Below are positions 12,442 to 26,196 of a stretch of DNA of 64,000 nucleotides, piece by piece. The notes beneath the pieces are model-generated. The model had not been told where the DNA came from. It did not search any database and saw only the letters and a list, made by a program, of their open reading frames with translations. The position numbers and the translations under genes are program-made. The number at the start of each line of letters is the position of its first letter. Position 1 is the stretch's first letter. This DNA comes from Escherichia coli. Its GTDB lineage: Bacteria > Pseudomonadota > Gammaproteobacteria > Enterobacterales > Enterobacteriaceae. The DNA lies in NCBI RefSeq assembly GCF_003334385.1, contig NZ_QOWN01000011.1, one strand, 5' to 3'.

Positions 12442-12451
12442 ATCGCACTCC

Positions 12452-14299
12452 TCAGATTGACAGCTTCTTGACGCGCTTGCCGCCATATAGCAGGTTTACG
12501 ATGGCACGCGTACCGACAATCGCGGTAAACATCGACGTCGCCACACCGATACCGGTAGTAATCGCGAACCCTTTAATTGCCCCGGTACCCACTGCGTACA
12601 GGATGATGACTTTAATCAGCGTGGTGATGTTCGCATCGAAGATAGAACTGAATGCGCCACGATAACCTTCATCAATTGCCTGTTGAACAGTACGTCCGTT
12701 GCTCAACTCTTCTTTAATACGTTCGTTGATCAGTACGTTCGCATCGACCGCCACCGCAAGGGTTAAGACGATACCCGCGATACCTGGCATACTCAGCGTT
12801 GCGCCTGGCAACAGCGACATAATGCCGACGATTAAGATCAAGTTGGCAATCAGAGCACTGGTCGCAATCAGACCAAACTTCTTATAGAAGATGATCATGA
12901 ACAGAATAGAAACCAGCAGACCGGCAAGGCAAGCCTCCAGCCCCTGTTCAATGTTCTGCATACCCAGGGTTGGGCCAATGGTACGTTCTTCAACAATCTG
13001 AATCGGCGCGATCAACGCACCGGCACGCAGCAGCAGTGACAGCTGACGGGCTTCGTTCGGGTTGTTGATGCCGGTGATACGGAAGCTGTTACCCAGACGA
13101 GACTGGATGTTGGCGATGTTAATCACCTCTTCCTGTTTCACCAGAACCGCACGACCATTTGCATCTTTCTTACCGCTGTCTTTGTACTCCACAAACAGGG
13201 TTGCCATCGGTTTGCCGATGTTGTCCTTAGTGAAGTTAGACATGATGTTACCACCAGCGCTATCGAGCGAGATGTTAACCTGCGGTTGGTTGTATTCGTC
13301 CTGGCTGGAAGTGGAGTCGGTGATATGGTCACCGGTCAGAATTACGCGTTTGTACAGCACAACTGGCTGACCTTCGCGGGTCTGTTTCACTTCAGAGTCG
13401 CCCGGTACGCGACCGGATGCCGCAGCGGCCTGGTCAACGTTGGTGTTTACCAGACGGAATTCCAGCGTTGCCGTCGCACCCAGAATCTCTTTCGCACGCG
13501 CAGTGTCCTGAATACCTGGCAGTTCAACAACGATACGGTCAGCACCCTGACGCTGAACCACCGGCTCCGCCACGCCAAGTTGGTTTACACGGTTACGCAG
13601 GATATTAATGTTCTGCTGCACCGCATATTCACGCGCTTCACTCAGACGAGCATCGCTCATTACCGCACGCAGCTGGTTGCTGCCCTGGCTGCTAATCACC
13701 AGGTCCGGATGGCGCTTGCTCAGATACGCAATGGCTTCATCACGAGCTTTAGCATCGCGGAAAGTGATGCTCAGGCCGTAGTTGTTTTCTTTACGAACAG
13801 TGGTATACGGGATGCCCTTTTCGCGCAGGTCACTGCGTAGGCTATCGATATTTTGTTCCTGGAGTTTGCCAAGCGCGGTGTCCATATCCACTTCCATCAG
13901 GAAGTGAACGCCGCCACGCAGGTCAAGGCCGAGCTTCATCGGCTCAGCGTGAATAGCTGCCAGCCAGCGCGGCGTTGCCGGGGCAAGGTTAAGCGCCACG
14001 ACGTATTTGTCACCCATAACGCCCATTAATGCTTCACGAGCGCGCAACTGGGTGTCAGTGGAGTCGAAGCGCGCAAGAATAGCGCCCTCTTCCAGTGCCA
14101 CAGACTTAGCAGTTATTTTTTCTTCTTGTAACGTTTTCTGGACCTGGATCAGCGTTTGCTCACTGGCGGCGACTCCGCGCGCACCAGTGATCTGAACAGC
14201 CGGATCCTCACCAAACAGGTTGGGAAGCGCATACAGCAGACCGATGACAATCACCACGATCAGCATGACGTACTTCCACAAAGGATAACGGTTTAACAC
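12452..14299 (-). CDS. secD: protein translocase subunit SecD
   Basis: 615-aa [33 protein letters not shown]... Confidence 0.95.
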   Translation of the reverse strand: MLNRYPLWKYVMLIVVIVIGLLYALPNLFGEDPAVQITGARGVAASEQTLIQVQKTLQEEKITAKSVALEEGAILARFDSTDTQLRAREALMGVMGDKYVVALNLAPATPRWLAAIHAEPMKLGLDLRGGVHFLMEVDMDTALGKLQEQNIDSLRSDLREKGIPYTTVRKENNYGLSITFRDAKARDEAIAYLSKRHPDLVISSQGSNQLRAVMSDARLSEAREYAVQQNINILRNRVNQLGVAEPVVQRQGADRIVVELPGIQDTARAKEILGATATLEFRLVNTNVDQAAAASGRVPGDSEVKQTREGQPVVLYKRVILTGDHITDSTSSQDEYNQPQVNISLDSAGGNIMSNFTKDNIGKPMATLFVEYKDSGKKDANGRAVLVKQEEVINIANIQSRLGNSFRITGINNPNEARQLSLLLRAGALIAPIQIVEERTIGPTLGMQNIEQGLEACLAGLLVSILFMIIFYKKFGLIATSALIANLILIVGIMSLLPGATLSMPGIAGIVLTLAVAVDANVLINERIKEELSNGRTVQQAIDEGYRGAFSSIFDANITTLIKVIILYAVGTGAIKGFAITTGIGVATSMFTAIVGTRAIVNLLYGGKRVKKLSI

Positions 14300-14326
14300 G
14301 GCAATTCCCTTAGGGAAAAATTTTAA

Positions 14327-14659
14327 TTACAGCGCCTTCATGGTGCCTTTCGGCAGGACGGCAGCTACGAAGTCACGTTTAATAACTACTTCAGTGGTGT
14401 CATTCAGCGCGATAGCAATGTAGCCGTTTTCCGCTACTTTGGTTACGCGACCAACCAGGCCACCGTTCGTCAGAACTTCATCACCTTTGGCAATGGAGTC
14501 CATCAGCTTTTTGTGTTCTTTGGTGCGCTTCTGCTGTGGACGCAGGATCATGAAATAGAAAATCAGACCGAATACCACCAGCATCAAAATCAAAGACATC
14601 GGGCTACCTTGCGCCGGTGCACCCGTTGCCGCTACCGCATCAGAAATAAAAAAGCTCAT
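14327..14659 (-). CDS. yajC: Sec translocon accessory subunit YajC
   Basis: 110-aa product MSFFISDAVAATGAPAQGSPMSLILMLVVFGLIFYF...; internal start chosen. Confidence 0.9.
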   Translation of the reverse strand: MSFFISDAVAATGAPAQGSPMSLILMLVVFGLIFYFMILRPQQKRTKEHKKLMDSIAKGDEVLTNGGLVGRVTKVAENGYIAIALNDTTEVVIKRDFVAAVLPKGTMKAL

Positions 14660-14681
14660 TAAATTTCCCTCATTATTAATA

Positions 14682-15824
<1,143 letters not shown>

Positions 15825-15864
15825 TCAGAAAAACAGTCCAACGTTTTAAACCAGCGCCGCGGAA

Positions 15865-16935
15865 TTACTCCCCGACGCGCTCATTAATTGCCTGCGGATT
15901 GTACGTGATAAACATCGCATCACCGTAACTAAAAAAGCGATATTTCTCTTCTACCGCTGCTTTATAGGCGTTCATGGTGTGTTGATAACCGGCAAAGGCC
16001 GAAACCAGCATAATCAGCGTCGACTCTGGCAAGTGGAAGTTCGTCACCAGCGCATCGACCACTTTGTACTGGAAGCCCGGATAGATAAAGATTTGGGTAT
16101 CGTCGAAGAACGGTTCAATGAGATCGTTTTTCGCTGCCTGAGCCGCGCTTTCCAGCGAACGTACTGAAGTGGTGCCAACCGCAATCACCCGGTTACCGCG
16201 CGCTTTCGCCGCCAGTACCGCGTCTACCACATACTGCGGTACTTCAGCGTATTCCGAGTGCATGATGTGATATTCAATGGTGTCGACGCGCACCGGCTGG
16301 AAGGTGCCCGCACCAACGTGCAACGTCACAAACGCCATCTCCACGCCTTTGGCGCGCAATTTTTCCAGCAAAGGCTCGTCAAAATGCAGACCTGCGGTCG
16401 GGGCTGCAACCGCGCCCGGTTTTTCGCTATAAACGGTTTGATAAAGTTCGCGGTCAGCGTCTTCGTCCGGACGGTCGATATACGGCGGCAGCGGCATATG
16501 GCCGATGCTGTTGAGAATATCCAGCACCGAGCGTTCATCATTAAATTCGACTTCAAACAGTGCGCCGTGGCGCGCGGTCATTGTTGCGTTAATACTTTCG
16601 TCATCGCCCAGCAGCAGTTCTGCGCCAGGTTTTGGCGCTTTCGAGGCGCGAATATGCGCAAGAATGCGTTTGTCGTCGAGCATCCGTTCAACCAGCACTT
16701 CAATCTTGCCGCCGCTGGCTTTACGCCCAAACAGGCGCGCCGGGATCACGCGGGTATTATTAAAAACCAGAAGATCGCCGGGGTTGAGCTTATCAAGTAA
16801 ATCGGTGAAAGTACCGTGCGTCAGCGCGCCCGTCGGCCCGTCCAGCGACAGTAAACGACAGCTACTGCGTTCAGGCATGGGATAGTGGGCAATCAGGGAT
16901 TCGGGCAATTCAAAGGAGAAATCGGTAACGCGCAT
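15865..16935 (-). CDS. queA: S-adenosylmethionine:tRNA ribosyltransferase-isomerase
   Basis: 356-aa [32 protein letters not shown]... Confidence 0.95.
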   Translation of the reverse strand: MRVTDFSFELPESLIAHYPMPERSSCRLLSLDGPTGALTHGTFTDLLDKLNPGDLLVFNNTRVIPARLFGRKASGGKIEVLVERMLDDKRILAHIRASKAPKPGAELLLGDDESINATMTARHGALFEVEFNDERSVLDILNSIGHMPLPPYIDRPDEDADRELYQTVYSEKPGAVAAPTAGLHFDEPLLEKLRAKGVEMAFVTLHVGAGTFQPVRVDTIEYHIMHSEYAEVPQYVVDAVLAAKARGNRVIAVGTTSVRSLESAAQAAKNDLIEPFFDDTQIFIYPGFQYKVVDALVTNFHLPESTLIMLVSAFAGYQHTMNAYKAAVEEKYRFFSYGDAMFITYNPQAINERVGE

Positions 16936-17027
16936 GACACTGACTCAGACTAAAATAAGAGGCGGGTAGTCTAGTGCCGGGGCGCTCTCCCTGCAACCTT
17001 TACCCCCTTTTGGATAGAATATAATCG

Positions 17028-17609
17028 ATGAATTTTTTAGCTCACCTGCATTTAGCCCATCTCGCGGAAAGCTCGCTTTCCGGCAATTTACTGGCTGATT
17101 TCGTACGCGGAAATCCTGAAGAAAGTTTTCCGCCCGACGTCGTGGCTGGCATTCATATGCATCGACGTATCGACGTATTGACTGACAATCTGCCGGAAGT
17201 CCGCGAAGCACGGGAGTGGTTTCGTAGTGAAACGCGCCGCGTTGCGCCTATTACGCTGGATGTCATGTGGGATCACTTTCTTTCCCGCCACTGGTCGCAG
17301 CTGTCGCCGGACTTTCCGCTACAGGAATTTGTCTGTTATGCCCGCGAGCAAGTGATGACGATTTTGCCGGACTCACCGCCACGTTTTATCAATCTGAACA
17401 ATTACTTGTGGTCAGAGCAGTGGCTGGTGCGCTATCGCGATATGGATTTCATCCAGAACGTGTTAAACGGCATGGCAAGCCGCCGCCCACGTCTGGATGC
17501 CCTGCGTGACTCCTGGTACGATTTAGACGCTCATTATGACGCCCTCGAAACCCGCTTCTGGCAGTTTTATCCGCGGATGATGGCGCAGGCGTCACGCAAG
17601 GCGTTATAA
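17028..17609 (+). CDS. acpH: acyl carrier protein phosphodiesterase
   Basis: 193-aa [35 protein letters not shown]...; divergent from queA. Confidence 0.9.
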   Translation: MNFLAHLHLAHLAESSLSGNLLADFVRGNPEESFPPDVVAGIHMHRRIDVLTDNLPEVREAREWFRSETRRVAPITLDVMWDHFLSRHWSQLSPDFPLQEFVCYAREQVMTILPDSPPRFINLNNYLWSEQWLVRYRDMDFIQNVLNGMASRRPRLDALRDSWYDLDAHYDALETRFWQFYPRMMAQASRKAL

Positions 17610-17613
17610 AACG

Positions 17614-19431
17614 TTAGTTCATCCATACCGTAGCCGAAATGGCAGGCAAAGCCAGAATCCCGTCAGTCAGTTGCCCATGCCCTTCTTTGCATTGCCATTG
17701 CACGGCATTGAGAAACGGTGACGCGGGTAGCACCACTTCACAGGCCTCGCCACGGTTGATTGCCACCAGTACACGTTGCTGATTCAGCACGCGGACAAAT
17801 ACCACCACGTTATCTTCCGCATACAGCACCTGACAGCCGCCATGACGTAGCGCCTGACTTTTCTTACGCAGCGCAATCATTCGCTGGTACAGCGCGAATA
17901 ACGCCGTATCCTGCTTTTCCACCTGCCAGGGGAACGGTTTACGGCAAAACGGATCGTTTTTGCCATCCAGTCCTACTTCATCACCGTAATAAATGCACGG
18001 TACACCAGGCCAGGTGAACAGCCAGACCACCGCCAGCGGCAGGCGCGCAATATCCCGACCGAGCAGCGTTTTAAATCGCGCAGTATCGTGGCTGTCGAGC
18101 TGATTAAACATACGTAATTGTTGTTGATGAGAAAGCCCTGCGCGGTAATTATCCATCCAGGCCATACAGGTTTGGGCATCAATTTGCTGCGGATCGTAAG
18201 AGATATCGGTATTGGCAAGAAATCCCCACAACGGGAATGTGAAGCCACGATAGTTCATGGCGGCATCTTCCACATCGGCCTGTAACCATTGCCGTGCATC
18301 GCCAAAATGTTCGCCGACAATATACGCTTCCGGCTGGGTTTCTTTCGCCGCTTCGGTGATCCCGGCAACGTGCTGCATATTATTGCGCGCCCCACCCGCC
18401 TCCCCCAGCATATGCACCACATCCAGCCGCCAGCCGTCCATATTCCACGGCGCTTTCAGCCAGTGGCGGACAATACTGTCTTCCCCGCGATAAATTTCAT
18501 TCACCAGACTTTCCGACTGATAATCCAGCTTCGGCAAGCTGGCATAGCCAAGCCAGTCGAGCGCCGTGCCATCATCACTAAACGAGTACCAGTCGCGCCA
18601 GGGCGATTCGGGGTTGTGACAAGCACCACCCGTGCCACGATTATGCCTGTCAAACCAGGCATGGGAATCGCCACTGTGGTTAAACACGCCGTCCAGCACC
18701 AGCCGCATTCCCAGCTGCTGCGTATTGTGTCGCAAACGCAGCAACGCCCCATCACCGCCAAACTGCGGATCGACATGGCGATAATCCTCGGTATCGTATT
18801 TATGTACGCTGGGAGCTTTAAACACCGGATTGAGATACAGCGCTGTCACGCCAAGCTTTTTCAGATACGGCAGTTTTTCGCTTATCCCGTCCAGATCGCC
18901 GCCATAGAACGTTGATCCGCCCGCCTGCGCCGTGACCGGTTCATCCCAGTCACGCAAGATGATCTCTTGTCCGGCTGCATGATGGTAATAGACATGATCC
19001 TGTTCAGCTTCACGAGGAAGACTACGCGCAAAACGATCAGGGAAGATCTGATAAAAAATCTGATCCGCAGCCCATTGTGGGCCGATATCCGGTACATCGA
19101 CGGCAAACTGCTCCAGTCGTGCCGGCGGCATTCGGCTGAAGCCCTGCGGTGTAAACCAACGCTGGCGATCGTGCCACAGCAGTTTGAAACTGTAACGCCG
19201 CCGGGGTTGTCCGCTGGAGAGATCAATCGCCGCACGCCATGCGGTGACGCCAGGCTGCGGCTGACTGCGCTGCTTATGCATCGGTACTGACATTTCTTCG
19301 TTATCGTGTTCTGTACGCAGCATAATGCGCTGCGGTGGGTCTTCGCCCGTCAGCCACAGTGTAATGAGCAGTTGATCTTTGCTTTGTTTAACAAATGGGG
19401 GCACCGGCAGGTGCCATGCATTTAACATCAT
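17614..19431 (-). CDS. malZ: maltodextrin glucosidase
   Basis: 605-aa ORF, GH13 alpha-amylase family (GDEVGLDG, catalytic region around DGWRLDVV); first codon could be the second ATG. Confidence 0.93.
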
Positions 19432-19586
19432 AATTCCCCTGTGATGAAAATCTGATCACCTTGCCATAGCCTAATGCAGGATCACTCATCATCTGAAGGA
19501 TATTTGGGGGAGGAGGACGGGGGCGGATAACTTTCGGAATAGCCGGATCAGGATTTCCTCCTGAACCGGCTTACAGAACGCAAGGA

Positions 19587-20960
19587 TTACTGGTTTTCAG
19601 CCAGCTGACGATCGTGGCGGCGTTTAAACATCCAGCCAATCAACAGCACAACAATCCACGCGAAACCGACATACAGCGAGATACGCGTATCCGGGTGATA
19701 ACCAATCAACCCGATAATAAAGAGCAGGAAAATCAGCCCGCCGATGGTCGTTGCTACCCCACCCGGCACTTTAAATTTCAGCGCCTTAACTTCTTCTGGC
19801 GGCAAACGGCGACGGAAGGCAATTTGCGACAGCAGGATCATAATCCACACCCACACCGTGGCGAAGGTTGCCAGCGAAGCGATCACCAGGAAGACGTTTT
19901 CCGGCATGATGTAGTTCAGATACACCGCAAACAGCAGCGCGGTAGTCATCACCAGCACCGTAACCCACGGAATACCGCGACGCGACGTTTTGCTGAAAAT
20001 TTTCGGCGCGCTGCCCTGCTCTGCCATACCGTGGAGCATACGGCCTACGCCAAATACATCACTGTTAATTGCCGACAGCGAAGCAGTCAGCACAACAAAG
20101 TTAAGAATGCTGGCGGCAAAGGTAATGCCCATATGCTGGAACGTCAGCACGAACGGGCTACCGGCAGTGCCAACCTGATTCCACGGGTAGATAGACATAA
20201 TGACGAACAGCGTACCGACGTAGAACACCAGAATACGCATCGGCACGGAGTTAATCGCACGCGGTATCGATTTCTCAGGATCTTTCGCTTCACCGGCGGT
20301 AATCCCGATAATTTCGATCCCACCGTAAGCAAACATCACCATTTGCAACGACATTACCATGCCAAGCCAGCCGTTACTGAAGAAGCCGCCGTTGCTCCAC
20401 AGGTTATGAATACCGGTCGGTTGCCCGCCGTTGCCAATCCCCCAGATGATGATGCCGAAACCGGCGACAATCATGATGATGATGGTGGCGACTTTAAAGA
20501 ACGAGAACCAGAATTCCAGCTCACCGAATACCTTCACGCTCATCAGGTTTACGGCGCAAATGATCAGCACCACGCTCAGTACCCAAATCCAGTGCGGCAC
20601 CGTCGGGAACCAGACACCCATATAGATACCAAAAGCGGTCACATCGGCGATGGCGACAATAAGGATTTCAAAGCAGTAGGTCCAGCCGGTAATGTAACCT
20701 GCCAGCGGGCCGAGGTTTTCCTGCGCATAACGCGAGAAAGAGCTGGCGGCCGGGTTATGTACCGACATTTCCCCCAGCGCACGCATAATGATATACGCCG
20801 CGATACCACCGATAATATAGGCCAACAACACGCTCGGACCGGCCATTTTGATGGCGTCTGCCGAACCGTAAAACAGCCCGGTGCCAATTGCTGAACCCAG
20901 TGCCATAAAGCGTATGTGGCGGGTACTTAGCCCACGCTTTAGCTTGTTCTTACTTTCCAT
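19587..20960 (-). CDS. proY: APC-family amino-acid permease, proline-specific type
   Basis: 457-aa product [34 protein letters not shown]...; 12-TM amino-acid permease signature. Confidence 0.9.
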   Translation of the reverse strand: MESKNKLKRGLSTRHIRFMALGSAIGTGLFYGSADAIKMAGPSVLLAYIIGGIAAYIIMRALGEMSVHNPAASSFSRYAQENLGPLAGYITGWTYCFEILIVAIADVTAFGIYMGVWFPTVPHWIWVLSVVLIICAVNLMSVKVFGELEFWFSFFKVATIIIMIVAGFGIIIWGIGNGGQPTGIHNLWSNGGFFSNGWLGMVMSLQMVMFAYGGIEIIGITAGEAKDPEKSIPRAINSVPMRILVFYVGTLFVIMSIYPWNQVGTAGSPFVLTFQHMGITFAASILNFVVLTASLSAINSDVFGVGRMLHGMAEQGSAPKIFSKTSRRGIPWVTVLVMTTALLFAVYLNYIMPENVFLVIASLATFATVWVWIMILLSQIAFRRRLPPEEVKALKFKVPGGVATTIGGLIFLLFIIGLIGYHPDTRISLYVGFAWIVVLLIGWMFKRRHDRQLAENQ

Positions 20961-20983
20961 CAATTCCTAACCCATCAACACAA

Positions 20984-21015
20984 TAAAAAACCACGGGGCA
21001 TCGCAGCCCCGTGGT
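20984..21015 (-). terminator. intrinsic terminator after brnQ
   Basis: CCACGGGGC-ATCGCA-GCCCCGTGG hairpin; on the minus strand it is followed by a T run (plus-strand AAAAAAA 20984-20990). Confidence 0.75.
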
Positions 21016-21035
21016 TAAAACAAATGTTCAGTGAT

Positions 21036-22355
21036 TTAGTGAGCGCTGGAGGTCACCTGACGACCTGCCGCGCGATCCCAGATAATGGCCAGAACCACCA
21101 TCACCACTGTTGGCATTAACCACGCCAGACCTTGTTCGGCCAGCGGTAAACGCTGCGCCCAGGACGGTAAGATATCGCTGAATGCAGATGCTTTGATCCC
21201 GTCGAGAATACCAAAAAGCAGGCTGATAAACATCGGCGGAGCAATCACGCGGGACGAATTATGCCACCATGAGCGTGTAAAACTTAATACAACCAGTGCG
21301 ATACACGGCGGATAAATAGCGGTCAGCACCGGTACGGAGATCTGGATCAGCTGGCTTAAGCCGAGGTTAGAAACCACCATCGAGAAGCCGCCGAGGATAA
21401 ACACCAGCGTACGATAAGAGAGCGGTACGTACTGGGCAAAGAATTCTGCACAAGCACAGGTCAGGCCAACTGCCGTTACCAGGCAGGCGATGAAGATTAA
21501 CGCCGCCAGCAGGAAGCTACCGCCGCCGCCAAAGGTGTGCTGAACGTAAGCATGCAGAATAGCAGCGCCGTTTGCAGACTGATCGACCAGCGACGCGCTG
21601 TCTGACCCCAGACGGAACAGCGCCAGGTACAGCAGAGTCAGACCAACACCCGCCATCAGGCCAGCCCAGACGGTATAACGGGTCAGCAGACGCGCTTCGG
21701 TAACGCCACGAGAACGCGCCGCGTTAACAATAACGATACCAAACACCATTGCGCCCAGCGTATCCATGGTCAGATAGCCGTTAACGAAGCCGTTAGAAAA
21801 CGCAGCGTTTTGATAAGCCTCAGTCGCCGTGCTGATAGAACCCGCCGGCCAGACAATAGCGGCAACAGACAGGATGACCAACGCGATAATTTTCAGCGGC
21901 GCAAGGAAGTTGCCCACGGTATCCAGCAGCTTGCCCGGATAGAGCGAAACCAGAATAACGATAGCGAAATAGACCAGGCTGTAGATAAACAGCGGCAGCG
22001 CGGAATCACCCGTCAGCGGCGCAATCCCCACTTCAAAGGAAACGGTAGCTGTACGCGGCGTAGCGAAAAGCGGCCCCACCGCCAGGTAACAAACCGTTGC
22101 CAGCAGTACGCCAGCGACTTTACCGATTGGCGTGCTGAGGCTGTCAACACCGCCGCCAACTTTTGCCAGCGCCACTACCGTTAATACCGGCAGGCCAACG
22201 GCAGTAATGAGGAAGCCGAATGCCGCAGTCCAGACGTGTTCGCCTGCCTGTAAGCCGACCATTGGAGGGAAAATAATGTTACCTGCGCCGACGAACAACG
22301 CAAATGTCATAAAGCCCAGAGCGATGATATCGCGCGATCTTAATTGATGGGTCAT
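21036..22355 (-). CDS. brnQ: branched-chain amino acid transporter (LIVCS family)
   Basis: 439-aa polytopic membrane [37 protein letters not shown]... Confidence 0.93.
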   Translation of the reverse strand: MTHQLRSRDIIALGFMTFALFVGAGNIIFPPMVGLQAGEHVWTAAFGFLITAVGLPVLTVVALAKVGGGVDSLSTPIGKVAGVLLATVCYLAVGPLFATPRTATVSFEVGIAPLTGDSALPLFIYSLVYFAIVILVSLYPGKLLDTVGNFLAPLKIIALVILSVAAIVWPAGSISTATEAYQNAAFSNGFVNGYLTMDTLGAMVFGIVIVNAARSRGVTEARLLTRYTVWAGLMAGVGLTLLYLALFRLGSDSASLVDQSANGAAILHAYVQHTFGGGGSFLLAALIFIACLVTAVGLTCACAEFFAQYVPLSYRTLVFILGGFSMVVSNLGLSQLIQISVPVLTAIYPPCIALVVLSFTRSWWHNSSRVIAPPMFISLLFGILDGIKASAFSDILPSWAQRLPLAEQGLAWLMPTVVMVVLAIIWDRAAGRQVTSSAH

Positions 22356-22761
22356 AAATCATACTGCCTGTGGATGTGGTGTTGTAACGTTAAATTTTTG
22401 TGCCAATCCCTGGGGATGATACAGCGGTATATTTAAACAATTTTAGCGGGAAATACTCCCAACCAGGCGCGGCGAAGAATAGTTTTTCGATTTACCGCGT
22501 TAATGCAGTCAGTATGACAGCACCTGAAGCGCAATTTAAACGCTTATAACGTTTTAAAGCAAGGAGGGATCTAAAAACCAGAGGTATATAGCGATAAGAA
22601 ATCACCAACCAGTATAAAACACTATTTCCGTGAAAAAGACATGGCTAATCATGCGAACAAAAAATCACCAACCGTTGTAAAATCTAACGCCCGTATTTTG
22701 ACTGCAAAGAAAATAAGCCAGCATCGACTGGCTTATGGCAATAAAAGATGACAAAGGCGGA

Positions 22762-24057
22762 TTAATCGCTGTTTTTGGCAATTAAACGTTCCGGGATAAC
22801 AAAACTGAAACGTGTTCCTTTTCCTACTGTACTCTCAATATTCAGGCGACTTTCGTGATGATTCACAGCATGTTTCACGATCGCTAACCCTAATCCGCTA
22901 CCGCCGGTTTGCCGGGAACGCGCTTTATCAACGCGATAAAAACGCTCGGTCAGGCGCGGAATATGCTCCGGTGCAATGCCCGGTCCGTTATCTTCAACGC
23001 TAAATTCGGCACCGTGCGGCACTCGCTGCCAGCGTACGGTGATATGCGTGCCTTCCGGCGTATGATTCACGGCGTTATAGACCAGGTTCGAAATCGCACT
23101 GCGTAGCTGATCTTCGTTGCCAGACACCTTGAGGCCGTTATCTATCTCAAAGGTAAATGTCTGTTTTTTCTGACTCAGAGTCTGAGCCTCGCGCTCAACA
23201 ACGCGCAGCATCATCGGCACATCAACCTTTTCATTGAGCAAATGCGTCGGTGCGGCTTCTATTTTCGACAGCGTCAGCAATTGCTTCACCAGTCCTTCCA
23301 TCCGCTGGGTCTGCTCGCGCATGGTGTGCAACGCTTTTTCGCGTACCGCGCCTTCCAGCGGCTGCTCATTCATCATCTCCAGGTAACCCTGTAACACGGT
23401 CAATGGCGTACGTAACTCATGGCTCACGTTGGCAAAAAAGTTACGCCGCGCCCCTTCCAGTTGATGCATTTGCGTGACATCACGCGCCACCATCAGCAAC
23501 TGTTTGTGGGTATAAGGCATGACGCGAATTTCCAGATGCCGCCCGGTGTTGAGCACCAGATTGAGCGGGCGAGAAAAATCACGCGTTTTCAGATATTGCG
23601 TAAACTCCGGGTAACGCAGTAGGTTAAGGATGTTCTGCCCGTTATCTTCCGGCCAGCGCAAACCAAGAATTTGTTGCGCCAGACCGTTACACCAGAAAAT
23701 ACCGCCCTCTTCCGTGGTCAGCACCACCGCGTCGGGCAGCGACTCCGCGCCGCTACGAAAGCGTTTAATCAGATTGCCCAGTTCACGGCGGCGTTTTTTA
23801 TTTCGCAGCTGCATCTGGTGTAAGCCGTATAGTAGCGGTTCCCAGCTACCACGCCCCGGTGGCGGGGTCATACTGCGATCCACCCACAGCCACCATGAAA
23901 GGCGCAATAAATTCCAGAAATGCCAGATAAGCAGTCCTGTTACCGATGCCAGCAAAAACCAGGGCAGGTAACCAAAAAATGCACCCAGGATGAAAGCCGG
24001 GAGGCAGCAAAGTAGCAGCTCCAGCACCAGCCTTTTCCACGACAGCCGTTCCAGCAC
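22762..24057 (-). CDS. phoR: phosphate-regulon sensor histidine kinase
   Basis: 431-aa ORF with H-box HELRTPL and ATPase domain ([12 protein letters not shown]); directly downstream of phoB. Confidence 0.95.
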   Translation of the reverse strand: MLERLSWKRLVLELLLCCLPAFILGAFFGYLPWFLLASVTGLLIWHFWNLLRLSWWLWVDRSMTPPPGRGSWEPLLYGLHQMQLRNKKRRRELGNLIKRFRSGAESLPDAVVLTTEEGGIFWCNGLAQQILGLRWPEDNGQNILNLLRYPEFTQYLKTRDFSRPLNLVLNTGRHLEIRVMPYTHKQLLMVARDVTQMHQLEGARRNFFANVSHELRTPLTVLQGYLEMMNEQPLEGAVREKALHTMREQTQRMEGLVKQLLTLSKIEAAPTHLLNEKVDVPMMLRVVEREAQTLSQKKQTFTFEIDNGLKVSGNEDQLRSAISNLVYNAVNHTPEGTHITVRWQRVPHGAEFSVEDNGPGIAPEHIPRLTERFYRVDKARSRQTGGSGLGLAIVKHAVNHHESRLNIESTVGKGTRFSFVIPERLIAKNSD

Positions 24058-24114
24058 GTAAGATACTCCAGTTAAGAAATCATAAGCCCTGCTCTGCGTC
24101 CGATGAGCAAGGCG

Positions 24115-24804
24115 TTAAAAGCGGGTTGAAAAACGATATCCTGTACCGCGCACGGTCTGCACCATGCGGTCATGCCCGCCGGGCTCCAGTGCTTTACGCA
24201 GGCGACGAATGTGGACATCGACCGTGCGGTCTTCCACATACACGTTAGTTCCCCAGACGTGGTTTAACAGCTGCTCGCGGCTGTACACGCGCTCAGGATG
24301 CGTCATAAAAAAGTGCAGCAGTTTAAATTCTGTCGGCCCCATCTCCAGCGGCTCTTCGCCCGCCATCACTCGGTGAGATGTCGGGTCGAGACTTAATCCC
24401 TGCATCTCAATCACCTCTTCCACCGCCATTGGCGAAATACGGCGCATTACCGCTTTGATTCGCGCCACCAGCTCCTTCGGCGAAAACGGCTTGGTGATAT
24501 AGTCATCCGCGCCGGTTTCAAGGCCGCGCACGCGATCTTCTTCTTCCCCTCTGGCGGTCAACATCACCACTGGAATATCCCGGGTCATCGACTCGCGCTT
24601 GAGGTGTTTGATGAACTGGATACCGGAGCCGCCAGGTAACATCCAGTCAAGGAGAATTAAATCCGGCCAGGGTTCATTCAGTTGATTCACAGCACTGTCA
24701 TAATCTTCCGCTTCGACCGGCTGAAAGCCATTTTGTTCGAGCACGAAGCAGACCATTTCGCGAATTGGAGCTTCATCTTCTACGACCAGAATACGTCTCG
24801 CCAT
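24115..24804 (-). CDS. phoB: phosphate-regulon response regulator
   Basis: 229-aa OmpR-family [21 protein letters not shown]...; own Pho box upstream. Confidence 0.95.
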
Positions 24805-24862
24805 GATTTGCCCTGTTGTAATAAATAGGTTGCGATCATTAATGCGACGTCATTATGCGTCA

Positions 24863-24886
24863 GATTTATGACAGATTTATGAAAAG
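24863..24886 (-). promoter_or_regulatory. Pho box of the phoB promoter
   Basis: Reverse complement reads CTTTTCATAAATCTGTCATAAATC: two direct CTGTCAT-type heptamers 11 bp apart, about 80 bp upstream of the phoB ATG. Confidence 0.85.
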
Positions 24887-24993
24887 CTCGTCGCACATAT
24901 CTTCAGGTTATTGATTTCCGTGGCGCAGAAAAAAGCAAATGGCACATCTGTTTGGGTATAATCGCGCCCATGCTTTTTCGCCAGGGAACCGTT

Positions 24994-26196
24994 ATGCGCA
25001 TCCTTCACACCTCAGACTGGCATCTCGGCCAGAACTTCTACAGTAAAAGCCGCGAAGCTGAACATCAGGCTTTTCTTGACTGGCTGCTGGAGACAGCACA
25101 AACCCATCAGGTGGATGCGATTATTGTTGCCGGTGATGTTTTCGATACCGGCTCGCCGCCCAGTTACGCCCGCACGTTATACAACCGTTTTGTTGTCAAT
25201 TTACAGCAAACTGGCTGTCATCTGGTGGTACTGGCAGGAAACCATGACTCGGTCGCCACGCTGAATGAATCGCGCGATATCATGGCGTTCCTCAATACTA
25301 CCGTGGTCGCCAGCGCCGGACATGCGCCGCAAATCTTGCCTCGTCGCGACGGGACGCCAGGCGCAGTGCTGTGCCCCATTCCGTTTTTACGTCCGCGTGA
25401 CATTATTACCAGCCAGGCGGGGCTTAACGGTATTGAAAAACAGCAGCATTTACTGGCAGCGATTACCGATTATTACCAACAACACTATGCCGATGCCTGC
25501 AAACTGCGCGGCGATCAGCCTCTGCCCATCATCGCCACGGGACATTTAACGACCGTGGGGGCCAGTAAAAGTGACGCCGTGCGTGACATTTATATTGGCA
25601 CGCTGGACGCGTTTCCGGCACAAAACTTTCCACCAGCCGACTACATCGCGCTCGGGCATATTCACCGCGCACAGATTATTGGCGGCATGGAACATGTTCG
25701 CTATTGCGGCTCCCCCATTCCACTGAGTTTTGATGAATGCGGTAAGAGTAAATATGTCCATCTGGTGACATTTTCAAACGGCAAATTAGAGAGCGTGGAA
25801 AACCTGAACGTACCGGTAACGCAACCCATGGCAGTGCTGAAAGGCGATCTGGCGTCGATTACCGCACAGCTGGAACAGTGGCGCGATGTATCGCAGGAGC
25901 CACCTGTCTGGCTGGATATCGAAATCACTACTGATGAGTATCTGCATGATATTCAGCGCAAAATCCAGGCATTAACCGAATCATTGCCTGTCGAAGTATT
26001 GCTGGTACGTCGGAGTCGTGAACAGCGCGAGCGTGTGTTAGCCAGCCAACAGCGTGAAACCCTCAGCGAACTCAGCGTCGAAGAGGTGTTCAATCGCCGT
26101 CTGGCACTGGAAGAACTGGATGAATCGCAGCAGCAACGTCTGCAGCATCTTTTCACCACGACGTTGCATACCCTCGCCGGAGAACACGAAGCATGA
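24994..26196 (+). CDS. sbcD: SbcCD nuclease, nuclease subunit
   Basis: 400-aa product [12 protein letters not shown] (Mre11-type phosphoesterase motifs); stop overlaps sbcC start. Confidence 0.93.
   Translation: MRILHTSDWHLGQNFYSKSREAEHQAFLDWLLETAQTHQVDAIIVAGDVFDTGSPPSYARTLYNRFVVNLQQTGCHLVVLAGNHDSVATLNESRDIMAFLNTTVVASAGHAPQILPRRDGTPGAVLCPIPFLRPRDIITSQAGLNGIEKQQHLLAAITDYYQQHYADACKLRGDQPLPIIATGHLTTVGASKSDAVRDIYIGTLDAFPAQNFPPADYIALGHIHRAQIIGGMEHVRYCGSPIPLSFDECGKSKYVHLVTFSNGKLESVENLNVPVTQPMAVLKGDLASITAQLEQWRDVSQEPPVWLDIEITTDEYLHDIQRKIQALTESLPVEVLLVRRSREQRERVLASQQRETLSELSVEEVFNRRLALEELDESQQQRLQHLFTTTLHTLAGEHEA

Noticed and set aside
19614-20894. 426-aa plus-strand ORF antisense to proY
   Set aside because: Arg/His/Gln-rich translation typical of a frame opposite a GC-rich membrane-protein gene; proY on the other strand is a full-length permease.
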